Shown one piece after another: positions 44,129 to 53,399 of a DNA stretch of 64,000 nucleotides. Within the stretch, counting starts at the first letter, position 1, and each line of letters opens with the position of its first letter. Origin of the DNA: Burkholderiaceae bacterium (GTDB lineage: Bacteria; Pseudomonadota; Gammaproteobacteria; Burkholderiales; Burkholderiaceae_C); assembly GCA_965227035.1 (NCBI GenBank), contig OZ245724.1:3072605-3136604 (forward strand), given 5' to 3'. The notes below the pieces were generated by a model, which worked only from the letters and a program-made list of their open reading frames with translations, made no database searches and was not told where the DNA came from. The translations under genes and the position numbers were made by a program.

Positions 44129-44181
44129 GGCAGTTCTGCCTCCTCCACGTGAGGCACTTCTGCCGCCTCCGCGTGACGCAG
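44110..44181. repeat. 24-bp x3 tandem repeat spanning the tctE stop codon, each unit a small hairpin with an in-frame TGA
   Basis: ttctgcctcctccatctgaggcag / ttctgcctcctccacgtgaggcac / ttctgccgcctccgcgtgacgcag. TGA at 44126, 44150 and 44174, all in the tctE frame. Unit 1 has a CTGCCTC..GAGGCAG stem. Confidence 0.85.
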
Positions 44182-44376
44182 GCTACCGGCCGGACGACCG
44201 GAATTACCCGGTGAGTGATTACACGTATTTTGGGGGCGAGCTTTCAATTCGAAAGCCGATTGGAAGCCTCGCTTTTTACGATCGCGTCCAACCCGAACCT
44301 CCTATGGACGCGATGTGACACGGCCATGAAGCGACGGGGACGAAACCCGCAATTTCTGTCACTCAAAGTAGTCGAA

Positions 44377-44799
44377 ATGAACAATCGAAATCTGGTCAGA
44401 GGCATCTTCCTCATGGCCATTGCCCTGCTCTTCGGGGTTCTAGCCCTGAGATACAACATCGGTCAGCTCAGCCGCTCCGGCCCGGGCATGTTCCCGCTGC
44501 TGATCAGCTCCTTCCTGTTCCTGATCGGTTTGCTCAGCCTGGTTCGCTCGTACTACGTCGAGAAAACCGTCCTCAGCTACAACGTCAAGAACATTGCGTT
44601 GATCATGGCCGGCCTCGGCGGCTTCGCTGCCATCTCGACCTACGTGAACATGATCGCCGGCATCGTCTGGCTGGTGTTCATCACGACGTTCGCTGGAACG
44701 TCCTACTCGGTCATGCGAAACATCAAGATCACTGCCGGTCTGATCGCCATCGCATTCGCCTTCCGAAACTTCCTCGGCCTGAACCTGCCGTTGTTCTGA
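44377..44799 (+). CDS. tctB: tripartite tricarboxylate transporter small membrane subunit TctB
   Basis: I use the internal start MNNRNLVRGIFLMAIALLFGVLALRYNIG (ATG 44377). 140 aa, 4 TMS. Immediately upstream of tctA. Confidence 0.75.
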   Translation: MNNRNLVRGIFLMAIALLFGVLALRYNIGQLSRSGPGMFPLLISSFLFLIGLLSLVRSYYVEKTVLSYNVKNIALIMAGLGGFAAISTYVNMIAGIVWLVFITTFAGTSYSVMRNIKITAGLIAIAFAFRNFLGLNLPLF

Positions 44800-44815
44800 T
44801 TGAGATTGAACCAAG

Positions 44816-46372
44816 ATGGAAATCCTACATAACCTCGCGTTCGGGTTCGAGCATGCGCTCACCCTCCAGAACATCCTCTACTGCGCACTCGGTTGCGTTG
44901 TCGGCACGCTCATCGGCTTGCTGCCTGGCCTCGGCCCACTGTCCACCATCAGCTTGCTGCTGCCGCTGACCTACTCGATCCCCACCGGCGGTGCGCTGAT
45001 CATGATGGCCGGTATTTACTACGGCGCTCAATACGGCGATAGCGTGAGCGCCATCACCATGAAGATCCCGCACGCGAGCTCGATCGTGGCGTGTATCGAC
45101 GGCTATCAGATGACGCTGAAAGGCAAGACCGGCCTCGCGCTGTTCACAGCTGGCATTTCCAGCTTCATCGGCGGCACGGTTGCGATCGTCGTGCTGGCCA
45201 CGATGGCTCCCGCACTCGGCGAAGTCGGCTTCCTGTTCGGCCCTGCCGATTACTGCGCACTCATGCTGCTCGGCTTCTTCTGCGTGAGCTTCGTGTCTGC
45301 TGGCAGCTTGCTCAATGGTCTGGCGATGGCGATGGTCGGCGTGCTGCTGGGCATGGTCGGCACCGACGTGAACTCGGGTGTGGCTCGCTACACCTTCGAC
45401 TTCGCGTTCCTGGCCGACGGCATTGGCCTGATCAGTATTGCGCTGGGTTGCTTCGGTATTGCCGAAGTGGTGAAAAACCTCGACTCCAAGAGCACGCAAA
45501 CGCCTTTCAACGGCACCATCAAGCTCATGCCCACCTGGCCTGAGTTCAAGCGAATTATTCCCAGCGCGTTGCGCGGTAGCGTGGTCGGCTCGGTCCTGGG
45601 CATCCTGCCAGGCGGCGGCCCCACCATTGCCCAGTTCGCAGCCTATGCGCTCGACAAGAAGGTGAGCAAGTTCCGTCACGAAATCGGCGACGGCGCCATC
45701 GAAGGTGTGGCCGGTCAGGCTGCTGCCGACGAAGCCGCTGCCCGTACCAGCTTCATCCCGCTCATGGCTATCGGTATTCCGGAAAACCCGGTGATGGCGC
45801 TGATGCTTGCTGCATTCGTGATCAAGGGCATCCAGCCCGGCCCGAACATGATTGCAAGCCATCCCGACCTGTTCTGGGGCCTGGTTGCCTCGATGTGGGT
45901 GGGTAACGTGTTCCTCGTGATCCTGAACGTGCCGCTGGTGCGCTACTGGCTGTCGGTGTTCAAGATCCCGTACGTGGTCCTGTTCCCTGCGATTCTGTTC
46001 TTCTGCTGCATCGGCACCTACAGTATCAACAACAACCTCGACGACATCTACATCACGGCACTGTTCGGCTTCATCGGCTACATCTTCCTGCGGCTCGACA
46101 TGGAACCTGCACCCTTGCTGCTCGGCTTCATTCTTGGCCCGATGCTCGAAGAAAACTTCCGACGCGCCATGCTGCTGAGCCGCGGTAGCTTCAAGGTGTT
46201 CGTCGATCGTCCGATCAGCGCGACGCTGCTGTCGTTCATTGCGATCTTCATCGTCATCCAGTTCGTTCTGTTCGTCCGCAAGGCCAGGAAGACCCACGGT
46301 CACATCCCTGCAGATCATTCCATCATTGCCGATACACCGGTCACTGCTACCGCGGTTCCCGGAAGCAAATAA
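44816..46372 (+). CDS. tctA: tripartite tricarboxylate transporter large membrane subunit TctA
   Basis: 518 aa, polytopic. LLPGLGPLSTISLLLP and GILPGGGPTIAQFAAY motifs are typical of the TctA family. Confidence 0.9.
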   Translation: MEILHNLAFGFEHALTLQNILYCALGCVVGTLIGLLPGLGPLSTISLLLPLTYSIPTGGALIMMAGIYYGAQYGDSVSAITMKIPHASSIVACIDGYQMTLKGKTGLALFTAGISSFIGGTVAIVVLATMAPALGEVGFLFGPADYCALMLLGFFCVSFVSAGSLLNGLAMAMVGVLLGMVGTDVNSGVARYTFDFAFLADGIGLISIALGCFGIAEVVKNLDSKSTQTPFNGTIKLMPTWPEFKRIIPSALRGSVVGSVLGILPGGGPTIAQFAAYALDKKVSKFRHEIGDGAIEGVAGQAAADEAAARTSFIPLMAIGIPENPVMALMLAAFVIKGIQPGPNMIASHPDLFWGLVASMWVGNVFLVILNVPLVRYWLSVFKIPYVVLFPAILFFCCIGTYSINNNLDDIYITALFGFIGYIFLRLDMEPAPLLLGFILGPMLEENFRRAMLLSRGSFKVFVDRPISATLLSFIAIFIVIQFVLFVRKARKTHGHIPADHSIIADTPVTATAVPGSK

Positions 46373-46414
46373 GGCTGGCAACGGATAACAACAACTGAGA
46401 AGGTTTCGACCTTT

Positions 46415-46458
46415 AACCACATCTGCCGCCGGGCGACCGGTAGCGATGTGGTTTTTTT
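46415..46458 (+). terminator. Rho-independent terminator of tctA
   Basis: AACCACATC..(21 nt with an inner CCGG-gcga-CCGG)..GATGTGGTT, followed by a T run to 46458. Confidence 0.6.
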
Positions 46459-47095
46459 ATTTCTGCGAGCCGTCCGATGCTGACTTGTCGTCGGGCAGAG
46501 GCTCGAAGCCTTCGCCGCGAGCATGGGCGCGTTTGCTCAGATAGAGATGGACCGCATAAGCGATCAAGGAAATGACGGCAACGATGAGCACGCCGATCAG
46601 CAGAACATGTGTCACACGCCGGATGCGCCCGAAGAAAGTTTCGATCCAGACGCCGAAGTAGTAGCCCACGCCGACGAAAACGATGGACCACACGATCGCG
46701 GCGAAGAAGTTGAGAACGAGGAATTTTTTGGCGCTCAACGATGTGGTGCCGATAGCGATCGGGCTGATGGTTCTGAAGCCGTAGACGAAGCGGAATCCGA
46801 AAACGAACAACACCGGGTATTTGTGAAAGGTAGCCAACGCGCGAACGAACGCGGGCTTGGCCATGATCTTCCTGACGTATCGATGCTCACGATTCTTGCG
46901 TCCGAGCATGAAGAACAGCTGATCGGCGATGAACGATCCGGCGGATGCCACCGCCACTGCCGGCCAGAAATGGAACAGAGACCGGTGCACCATCATTCCG
47001 GCCAGGACCACCACGCTTTCGCCCTCGAGGCCTGCACCGAAGAAAAGTGCGATCAGGCCGTAGTCCGAGATCAGTTGGGAAATGTGGTGGTGCAT
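46457..47095 (-). CDS. DedA-family (SNARE-associated) inner-membrane protein
   Basis: 212 aa. GLIALFFGAGLEGESVVV and FGFRFVYGFRTISPIAIG patterns are typical of DedA. Confidence 0.85.
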   Translation of the reverse strand: MHHHISQLISDYGLIALFFGAGLEGESVVVLAGMMVHRSLFHFWPAVAVASAGSFIADQLFFMLGRKNREHRYVRKIMAKPAFVRALATFHKYPVLFVFGFRFVYGFRTISPIAIGTTSLSAKKFLVLNFFAAIVWSIVFVGVGYYFGVWIETFFGRIRRVTHVLLIGVLIVAVISLIAYAVHLYLSKRAHARGEGFEPLPDDKSASDGSQK

Positions 47096-47421
47096 TGGTG
47101 GACTTTACCCAGACTCTCCAGCACCGATGCCGCCGATCTGCCGGATTCGTAACTCGACGCATCCTGGAATTGGCTCGATTCGGTTGCAACAAGCGCCAAT
47201 ACCGGGTGTTTACCCTCATGGAATAGAACTCGCGAACGCCTGAATTGCGCAAACAGGCAAATCAGGTCTGCTTGAAGGCGGCGTGTAAAAACAAGGCGGC
47301 ATCGCTACACTCAATTCGAGAGACAACTCGCGGAATCGAGACGCGGCTTGCGCCGGGAAAGCATGTTCGTGCTGTTTGCGCATTGCCCCCAATTTTCGAA
47401 ACCAAGGGATTCAAACAAACC

Positions 47422-48198
47422 ATGAATAACTTCACCCAGCTGGAAGTTCATGTCGAGTCGCACATTGCGACGCTGACTCTGAACGCGCCCCCAGTCAACG
47501 CACTTACTCGCACGCTCAACGACGAGCTGACGTTGGCGCTCGATCAGATTTCCGAGACCGCCGATATTCGGGTCGTGATCCTCACCGGCGCGGGCAAGGT
47601 GTTTTGCGCAGGAGCCGACCTGAAGGGTCGCGCCGAGAACATCAAGGGACCGGGCGATTTGCTCGCCCATTCACGCCGAACCCGCGAATGCTTTCACGCG
47701 ATCCGCGAGTGCGCGAAGCCGGTGATCGCAGCCATCAACGGCGCAGCGTTGGGGTCGGGCCTTGCGATGGCCGCGTCGTCCGACATATTGATCTGCTCCG
47801 ACAAGGCATCGCTCGGTTTGCCGGAAGTCGATGTCGGCCTGCTTGGTGGATGCCGTCATGCCATGCGACTGTTCTCGCATTCACGCCTTCGCCGCATGAT
47901 GCTCACCGGTTATCGGGTGCCCGGCGCCGAGTTGCTGCGCCTTGGCATCGTCGAAGAATGCACCACGCCGGAAGGCCTGATGCCCGCTGCGATGGAACTT
48001 GCGGCCACGATTGCATCGAAGAGCCCGGTTTCCACACGCATGGGCAAGCACACGCTGAATGTGATCGAGGACATGAGCCTGCGCGACGGTTATCGATACG
48101 AACAGGACATGACAGCAATGATCGGCAAGACCGATGACGCGAAAGAAGCGCAACTGGCGTTCAAAGAAAAGCGCGCGCCGAAATTCACCGGTCGCTAA
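47422..48198 (+). CDS. enoyl-CoA hydratase/isomerase (crotonase) family protein
   Basis: I use the internal start MNNFTQLEVHVESHIATLTLNAPPVNAL (ATG 47422), giving 258 aa. Oxyanion motif GAGKVFCAGADLKG. Confidence 0.85.
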   Translation: MNNFTQLEVHVESHIATLTLNAPPVNALTRTLNDELTLALDQISETADIRVVILTGAGKVFCAGADLKGRAENIKGPGDLLAHSRRTRECFHAIRECAKPVIAAINGAALGSGLAMAASSDILICSDKASLGLPEVDVGLLGGCRHAMRLFSHSRLRRMMLTGYRVPGAELLRLGIVEECTTPEGLMPAAMELAATIASKSPVSTRMGKHTLNVIEDMSLRDGYRYEQDMTAMIGKTDDAKEAQLAFKEKRAPKFTGR

Positions 48199-48206
48199 AC
48201 AATCAC

Positions 48207-49454
48207 ATGACAACAAACGATTCGAAAACTTCCGGTGCAGGTCCGCTGTCGCACGTTCGCGTGCTGGACCTGAGCCGCATTCTTGCGGCGCCGTGGGCCA
48301 GCCAGATCCTGGCCGACCTGGGTGCAGAGGTAATCAAAGTCGAGCGTCCCGGCGCGGGCGACGACACACGTTCATGGGGGCCGCCATTCCTCAAAGATGC
48401 GGACGGCAAGGACACGAAAGAAGCGGGCTACTACCTCGCGGTGAATCGCGGCAAGCGCTCGATCACGGTGAGCCTGGACAAGCCCGAAGGACAGAAGATT
48501 GTTCGCGAGCTCGCGATGAAATGCGACATCGTCCTCGAGAACTACAAGGCGGGCGCGCTTGCCCGCTACGGTCTTGACGAAGCGTCACTGCGCAAGATCA
48601 ATCCGAAGCTCATCTACTGCTCGGTCACAGGCTTCGGTCAGACCGGTCCGCGCAAAGACCAGCCCGCGTACGACTTCCTCATCCAGGCCATGGGCGGCCT
48701 GATGAGCGTGACCGGCGAGCGCGATGGCAAGCCCGGCGGCGGCCCGCAAAAGGTCGGCATTCCAATCGTCGACCTGATGACCGGCATGTACACCGCAGTA
48801 GCGGTGTTGGCTGCATTGGCGCGGCGCAATGAGACAGGCGTTGGCGACAACATCGACATTGCGATGCTCGATGTTCAGGTGGCCACGCTGTCGAATCAGG
48901 CGATGAATTACCTGGTGTCGGGCAAGCTGCCGAAACGCAACGGCAATGCGCATCCGAACATTCAGCCGCAAGACGTTTACGCCTGCGCCGATGGCAACTT
49001 CATTTTGGTGGTGGGCAACGACGGTCAGTTCGCCAAGCTGTGCGGCGTGCTCGGCGCGCCCGAGTGGGCGCAAGACGAACGCTTTGCAGCCAATGCGAAT
49101 CGGGTCAGAAACATCGAGACCTTATCGGGCATGCTCAACGAAAAATTCATGTCGTGGAAGCGGGAAGATCTGATTGCCGCGCTCGACAAGGCCGGCGTGC
49201 CTTCCGGCGCCATCAACAACGTGGCCGAAGTATTCGAAGATCCGCAGGTCAAGGCGCGAGGCATGTTGTCGCGGGTGCCGCATCCTGCTGGGGTCGATGT
49301 GCCGCAAGTGGGAACGCCCATGCGTTTCGCAGAAGCAAAACTGGAAACCCGCACTCCACCGCCGCTGCTTGGACAACACAGCGCCGACATCCTCGGCGAA
49401 CTCGGCTACGACGCGGCGTCCATTGAAGCGCTGCAAAACTCGGGAGTTATCTGA
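48207..49454 (+). CDS. family III (CaiB/BaiF) CoA-transferase
   Basis: 415 aa. VLDLSRILAAPWASQILADLGAEVIKVERPG.GDDTR is typical of the family. Confidence 0.9.
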   Translation: MTTNDSKTSGAGPLSHVRVLDLSRILAAPWASQILADLGAEVIKVERPGAGDDTRSWGPPFLKDADGKDTKEAGYYLAVNRGKRSITVSLDKPEGQKIVRELAMKCDIVLENYKAGALARYGLDEASLRKINPKLIYCSVTGFGQTGPRKDQPAYDFLIQAMGGLMSVTGERDGKPGGGPQKVGIPIVDLMTGMYTAVAVLAALARRNETGVGDNIDIAMLDVQVATLSNQAMNYLVSGKLPKRNGNAHPNIQPQDVYACADGNFILVVGNDGQFAKLCGVLGAPEWAQDERFAANANRVRNIETLSGMLNEKFMSWKREDLIAALDKAGVPSGAINNVAEVFEDPQVKARGMLSRVPHPAGVDVPQVGTPMRFAEAKLETRTPPPLLGQHSADILGELGYDAASIEALQNSGVI

Positions 49455-50059
49455 TGAAACTTCACTGGTCACCCAAATCGCCATACGTTCGTAAGGTGAT
49501 GATCTGCATCGACGAGCTCGGCATCAAGAACGATGTCGAACTGGTGCGCTCGGTTGCTGCCATGCTCAAGCCGAATCCGGACATCATGGTCGACAACCCG
49601 CTCAGCAAAATTCCGACGCTGGTTACCGGCGATGGACTGCCCTTGTTCGACTCGTCGGTCATCTGCGAATACCTGAACGACTTCGCCAAAGGCCCGCTGT
49701 TTCCTGCAAGCGGACAAGCTCGGTGGCAGGCTTTGCGGATGCAGTCTTTTGCTAACGGCCTGCTCGACATCCTCATTCTCTGGCGCAACGAGCGCGAGCG
49801 CGAACATCCCCTGCAAACCCTGATAGACGCCTTCGACGTGAAGGCTCAGGCTTCGATCCGGCAGCTCGAAACCGAAGTGGATGCGTTGAGCAAAAAACAA
49901 TTCGATATCGGCCATGCAACCCTGTGCTGTGCACTGGGTTATGCCGACTACAGGTTCGAGAGTTTCGATTGGCGAAGTGCCGCGCCCGAACTCGCGAAAT
50001 GGTATGCGCAGATGCGTGAGCGGCCATCGGTCAAAGCGACCGAACCCGCTGAAGGCTAA
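49454..50059 (+). CDS. glutathione S-transferase family protein
   Basis: 201 aa. N-terminal thioredoxin-like fold with SPYVRKV and SKIPTLV..LFDSSVICEYL. The start shares 1 nt with the upstream TGA. Confidence 0.8.
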   Translation: MKLHWSPKSPYVRKVMICIDELGIKNDVELVRSVAAMLKPNPDIMVDNPLSKIPTLVTGDGLPLFDSSVICEYLNDFAKGPLFPASGQARWQALRMQSFANGLLDILILWRNEREREHPLQTLIDAFDVKAQASIRQLETEVDALSKKQFDIGHATLCCALGYADYRFESFDWRSAAPELAKWYAQMRERPSVKATEPAEG

Positions 50060-50092
50060 AGCGAAAAAAAACGGAATTTATCAGGAGACAAC

Positions 50093-51079
50093 ATGAAGAT
50101 CACACTCAGTAAAAAACTTGCACTTACCGTTGCTGTAGGAGCCGCTTCGCTGCTCATGCAAACAGGCGTCAACGCACAGCAGGCATGGCCCAGCAAAGCG
50201 GTTCGACTGGTGGTGCCGTTCGCAGCCGGCGGCCCAGCCGACTCGCTTGCACGATTCATCGCGAACAAGATGACGCCCGAACTCGGACAGCAGGTCATCA
50301 TCGACAACAAGGGCGGCGCGGGCGGTTTGCTGGGCGCCAACGATGTCATCAATTCGAGCGACGGCCATAGCTTCCTCTTCGCATCGACCGGCGCGATCGT
50401 GATCCTGCCGGTGATGACGCCCAACCCCAACTACAACCCGGACAAAGACCTGGTCTCGGTCGGTCAAGCGGTGAACACGCCATCGGTGGCAGTGGTGGCC
50501 GGCAAGAGCCGCTTCAACACGCTGGGCGATCTGGTGAAGTTCGCGAAGGCGAATCCCGCGAAGCTGAACTACGCGTCTGCCGGTAGCGGCACCTCGACCC
50601 AATTGGGTTCCGAGTTGCTCAAGCGCGATGCAGGAATTTTCATGACGCATATTCCTTATCGCGGTGCAGCTCCCGCTACCACCGACATCATCGCGGGCAA
50701 CGCAGATGTGATGTTCGCGGACGTGCCCGCCGTTATTGGCTTCATCAAGGGCGGACAACTGAAGGCACTGGCACTTGCCGATGCCTCCCGCTCCCCTGCA
50801 CTGCCCGATGTGCCCACCACAGCAGAAGCCGGATTCAAGACAGTGATCAGCGGAACCTGGTACGGCATTCTTGCGCCCACAAAAACTCCGCAGGACGTGA
50901 TCACCAAATTGAATGCAGCTTTGAACAAGGCACTTCAGAACCCGGACACGATCGCGTTCTTCAAGCAGCAGGGCGTGACAGCCGCCGGCGGTTCGCCGCA
51001 AGATTTCACCAAGTTCATCCAGTCGGAAAGCGCCAAGTGGGGCGGGCTGGTGAAATCTGCCGGTATCAAGCCCGATTGA
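50093..51079 (+). CDS. Bug-family (TctC-like) substrate-binding protein
   Basis: 328 aa with a signal peptide. WPSKAVRLVVPFAAGGPADSLARFIANKM and IPYRGAAPATTDIIAGNA. AGGAGA SD. Confidence 0.9.
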   Translation: MKITLSKKLALTVAVGAASLLMQTGVNAQQAWPSKAVRLVVPFAAGGPADSLARFIANKMTPELGQQVIIDNKGGAGGLLGANDVINSSDGHSFLFASTGAIVILPVMTPNPNYNPDKDLVSVGQAVNTPSVAVVAGKSRFNTLGDLVKFAKANPAKLNYASAGSGTSTQLGSELLKRDAGIFMTHIPYRGAAPATTDIIAGNADVMFADVPAVIGFIKGGQLKALALADASRSPALPDVPTTAEAGFKTVISGTWYGILAPTKTPQDVITKLNAALNKALQNPDTIAFFKQQGVTAAGGSPQDFTKFIQSESAKWGGLVKSAGIKPD

Positions 51080-51088
51080 TCGCACGTC

Positions 51089-51973
51089 ATGAAAATACTC
51101 ATAGCACTAGCCACGAGCGTGGCTTTGATGGCGGGATGCTCGTCCATGAATAACTCGAACCATTCGATGAGTGCCGCGCGCGAATCTCATCTGGTGGAGT
51201 TCAAGGACATCAATAATGCCGACGTAAAAATCGCGGTGGTGGCCGAAGGACGCGGCCCGTTGGTGGTCATGCTGCCATCGCTAGGCCGCGATTCGGACGA
51301 CTACGGACCGGTTGCCGAAGCATTCGTTCGCGAAGGCTACCGCGTGTTGCGCCCTGCCCCGCGCGGCATCGGACGCAGCACCGGACCTGCAACCAACGTG
51401 AGCCTGCACGACTACGCACGCGATATTTCGAAGGTCATCGACTACGAGAACAACGGCCCGGCAGTCATCGTCGGCCACGCGTACGGCAACTGGGTTGCGC
51501 GCACCGTGGCGACCGACTATCCGAAGCATGTTCGCGGTGTCGTGATTGCAGCGGCGGCGTCGAAGCAATACGACCCGAAGCTCACCGGCTACATCGACAA
51601 GTGCGAAGACTCGAGCTTGCCGGATGAAGAGCGCCTCAGGTACTTGCGCATGACTTTCTTCGCACCGACCAGCGATCCGAAGCCCTGGCTTCACGGATGG
51701 CACACCGACGTGAAGAAGGTGCAACGTGCTGCGCGCGCTGCCATTCGCACAGAAGAATTCTGGGGCGGTGGTAACGCACCGATGCTCGACCTGATGGCCA
51801 GCGACGACCCGTTCCGCCTACCGCCGACTCGCAATGAAAACGTGCAGGAGTTCGGCCCCCGCGTGACTGCAGTCGTTATTCCTAACGCGAGTCATGCACT
51901 GATTCCCGAGCAGCCGGTTGCAGTTGCAGCAGCGGTTTCGCAGTGGATGAAACAGCTACCCGCGAGCCGTTGA
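51089..51973 (+). CDS. alpha/beta-hydrolase-fold lipoprotein with Ala at the nucleophile position
   Basis: Lipobox LMAGCSS. The elbow reads VGHAYGNW (GCG codon at 51479-51481) instead of GHSxG. Asp (ASDDPF) and His (NASHALIPEQP) blocks are retained. Confidence 0.75.
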   Translation: MKILIALATSVALMAGCSSMNNSNHSMSAARESHLVEFKDINNADVKIAVVAEGRGPLVVMLPSLGRDSDDYGPVAEAFVREGYRVLRPAPRGIGRSTGPATNVSLHDYARDISKVIDYENNGPAVIVGHAYGNWVARTVATDYPKHVRGVVIAAAASKQYDPKLTGYIDKCEDSSLPDEERLRYLRMTFFAPTSDPKPWLHGWHTDVKKVQRAARAAIRTEEFWGGGNAPMLDLMASDDPFRLPPTRNENVQEFGPRVTAVVIPNASHALIPEQPVAVAAAVSQWMKQLPASR

Positions 51974-51987
51974 TTCGTAGTTTGTAG

Positions 51988-52827
51988 TTAGGCGTAGAGC
52001 GCAGCAGGATTGGTCGCCAGCACCTTGGTAACCAACTCCTCGCTGCCGGTCCAGCGCTTGAACATCGCCAGCAGTTCTGCAGTGTCCGGCACCGGAGTCA
52101 CTCGTAGATGCGGCCAGTCGGTTCCCCAAACTAACCTATCCGGGTTCGCTTCGAGCAGCGCCTTGTGAAACGGCAGCACGAGATCTTTGTTCTCGACCGT
52201 GAACAGATTTCGATAAGCGCAGATCTTCAGCCACACATTGCCAGTCTTCAGAAGCGAGAGCAGCTCCTGAAACCCCGGCTCGTCGACACCCGCGTTCACA
52301 TCGAATCCACCCATGTGATCGAGCACGACCGGCACTGGAAGTTTGCGGATATCGGCAGTGATGTCGGGCAGCACTTTGCAGTCGGTCCACAGCTCTGCGT
52401 GAAGCTGCGCATCGGCAAGCGGGCGGGCCATCTTCAACAGGTCATCGAAAGACGCGCTGCCCGCGAAGTTCGCGCCTGCGCCACTGCGATGGCTGAATCG
52501 GAATCCGCGAATGCCTTTGTCTCGCAAGCCGGGAAGCATGTCGACGCGATCCTGTTGCGCGACCAGCACGCCGCGCAGTTTCGGCTGCGCCTGCAATGCA
52601 GCGAACACCAGCGAATAGTCGTTGCCGTAGGCGCTCGGGTGCACCAGCACGCCGTGATCGAAGCCGAGCCTGGACAACAACTCCATGTAAAGATGCTCAA
52701 CGGCTTCGGGCGGCGTGTAGCTGCGATCTTCCGCGAGCGGGAACTGCGCGTAAGGGCCGAACAAATGCGCATGGCAATCCCATGCGCCGCCTTCGACGGT
52801 TTCTCTTTTGACGATCGATTGGTTCAT
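51988..52827 (-). CDS. amidohydrolase-2 family protein (LigI/2-pyrone-4,6-dicarboxylate lactonase-like)
   Basis: 279 aa. N-terminal WDCHAHLFGP motif and C-terminal WGTDWPH motif. Confidence 0.8.
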   Translation of the reverse strand: MNQSIVKRETVEGGAWDCHAHLFGPYAQFPLAEDRSYTPPEAVEHLYMELLSRLGFDHGVLVHPSAYGNDYSLVFAALQAQPKLRGVLVAQQDRVDMLPGLRDKGIRGFRFSHRSGAGANFAGSASFDDLLKMARPLADAQLHAELWTDCKVLPDITADIRKLPVPVVLDHMGGFDVNAGVDEPGFQELLSLLKTGNVWLKICAYRNLFTVENKDLVLPFHKALLEANPDRLVWGTDWPHLRVTPVPDTAELLAMFKRWTGSEELVTKVLATNPAALYA

Positions 52828-53399
52828 TACTTCAGATCCGAATGTTGGGGCAGCGGGAATGCGACTTCGACGCCGGCGGGCAACGGAATCTCGTGTGCGT
52901 TGAGCGTCATCGCGACCATGGTGTAGTAGCCGACCAGTCCCGTGAGTTCGACGACTGTTTTCGCGCCGAACTTCTCGAGCGCCTCGGCATAGATCGCATC
53001 GGACACCGACCGATGAATTGCGAGCTGATGCGCATAGCGCCAGACGATGGATTCTTCGGGGGCTTTGAACGGCGGATCGGTGCCAGCAAGCATCGCATCG
53101 AGAATGTCTTTTTCGATGCCGATTTTTTCCGATTCACGACGATGCGCGTACCACTCGAACGGCGAGCGACATGCAAGGCCGGTCGCGAGGATCGCAATTT
53201 CAGACAGGCGTGGCGGCAGGCCAGTGCCATAGCGCAGCAACGCGCCTAGCGCCTGCCATTTGTCTGCGAGTTCCGCGTTGTAGAGCGCAGCACGCAACGG
53301 CCCTTCGATTCGACCGCGCGGACCGGACACCACCTTGTCGTACACCGCACGTTGCTCCGGCGACATGCTCTCCGGTTCGGGAAATGGAATTCTGCTCAA
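52827..53399 (-). CDS. carboxymuconolactone decarboxylase (AhpD-like) family protein
   Basis: I prefer the TTG start (complement of 53397-53399), which overlaps the upstream TGA as TTGA and gives MSRIPFPEPESMSPEQRAVYDKV.., a typical CMD-family N-terminus. The alternative ATG at 53366 (MSPEQ) is also possible. FEWYAH motif. Confidence 0.7.
   Translation of the reverse strand: MSRIPFPEPESMSPEQRAVYDKVVSGPRGRIEGPLRAALYNAELADKWQALGALLRYGTGLPPRLSEIAILATGLACRSPFEWYAHRRESEKIGIEKDILDAMLAGTDPPFKAPEESIVWRYAHQLAIHRSVSDAIYAEALEKFGAKTVVELTGLVGYYTMVAMTLNAHEIPLPAGVEVAFPLPQHSDLK

Noticed and set aside
44110-44181. Selenocysteine or programmed read-through at the repeated in-frame TGA codons after tctE
   Set aside because: There is no SECIS-like stem-loop placed after the UGA; the UGA sits inside the 3' arm of the hairpin. 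The extension peptides are low-complexity duplicates of the tail, and histidine kinases are not known selenoproteins. I treat it as a tandem duplication unless proteomics says otherwise.
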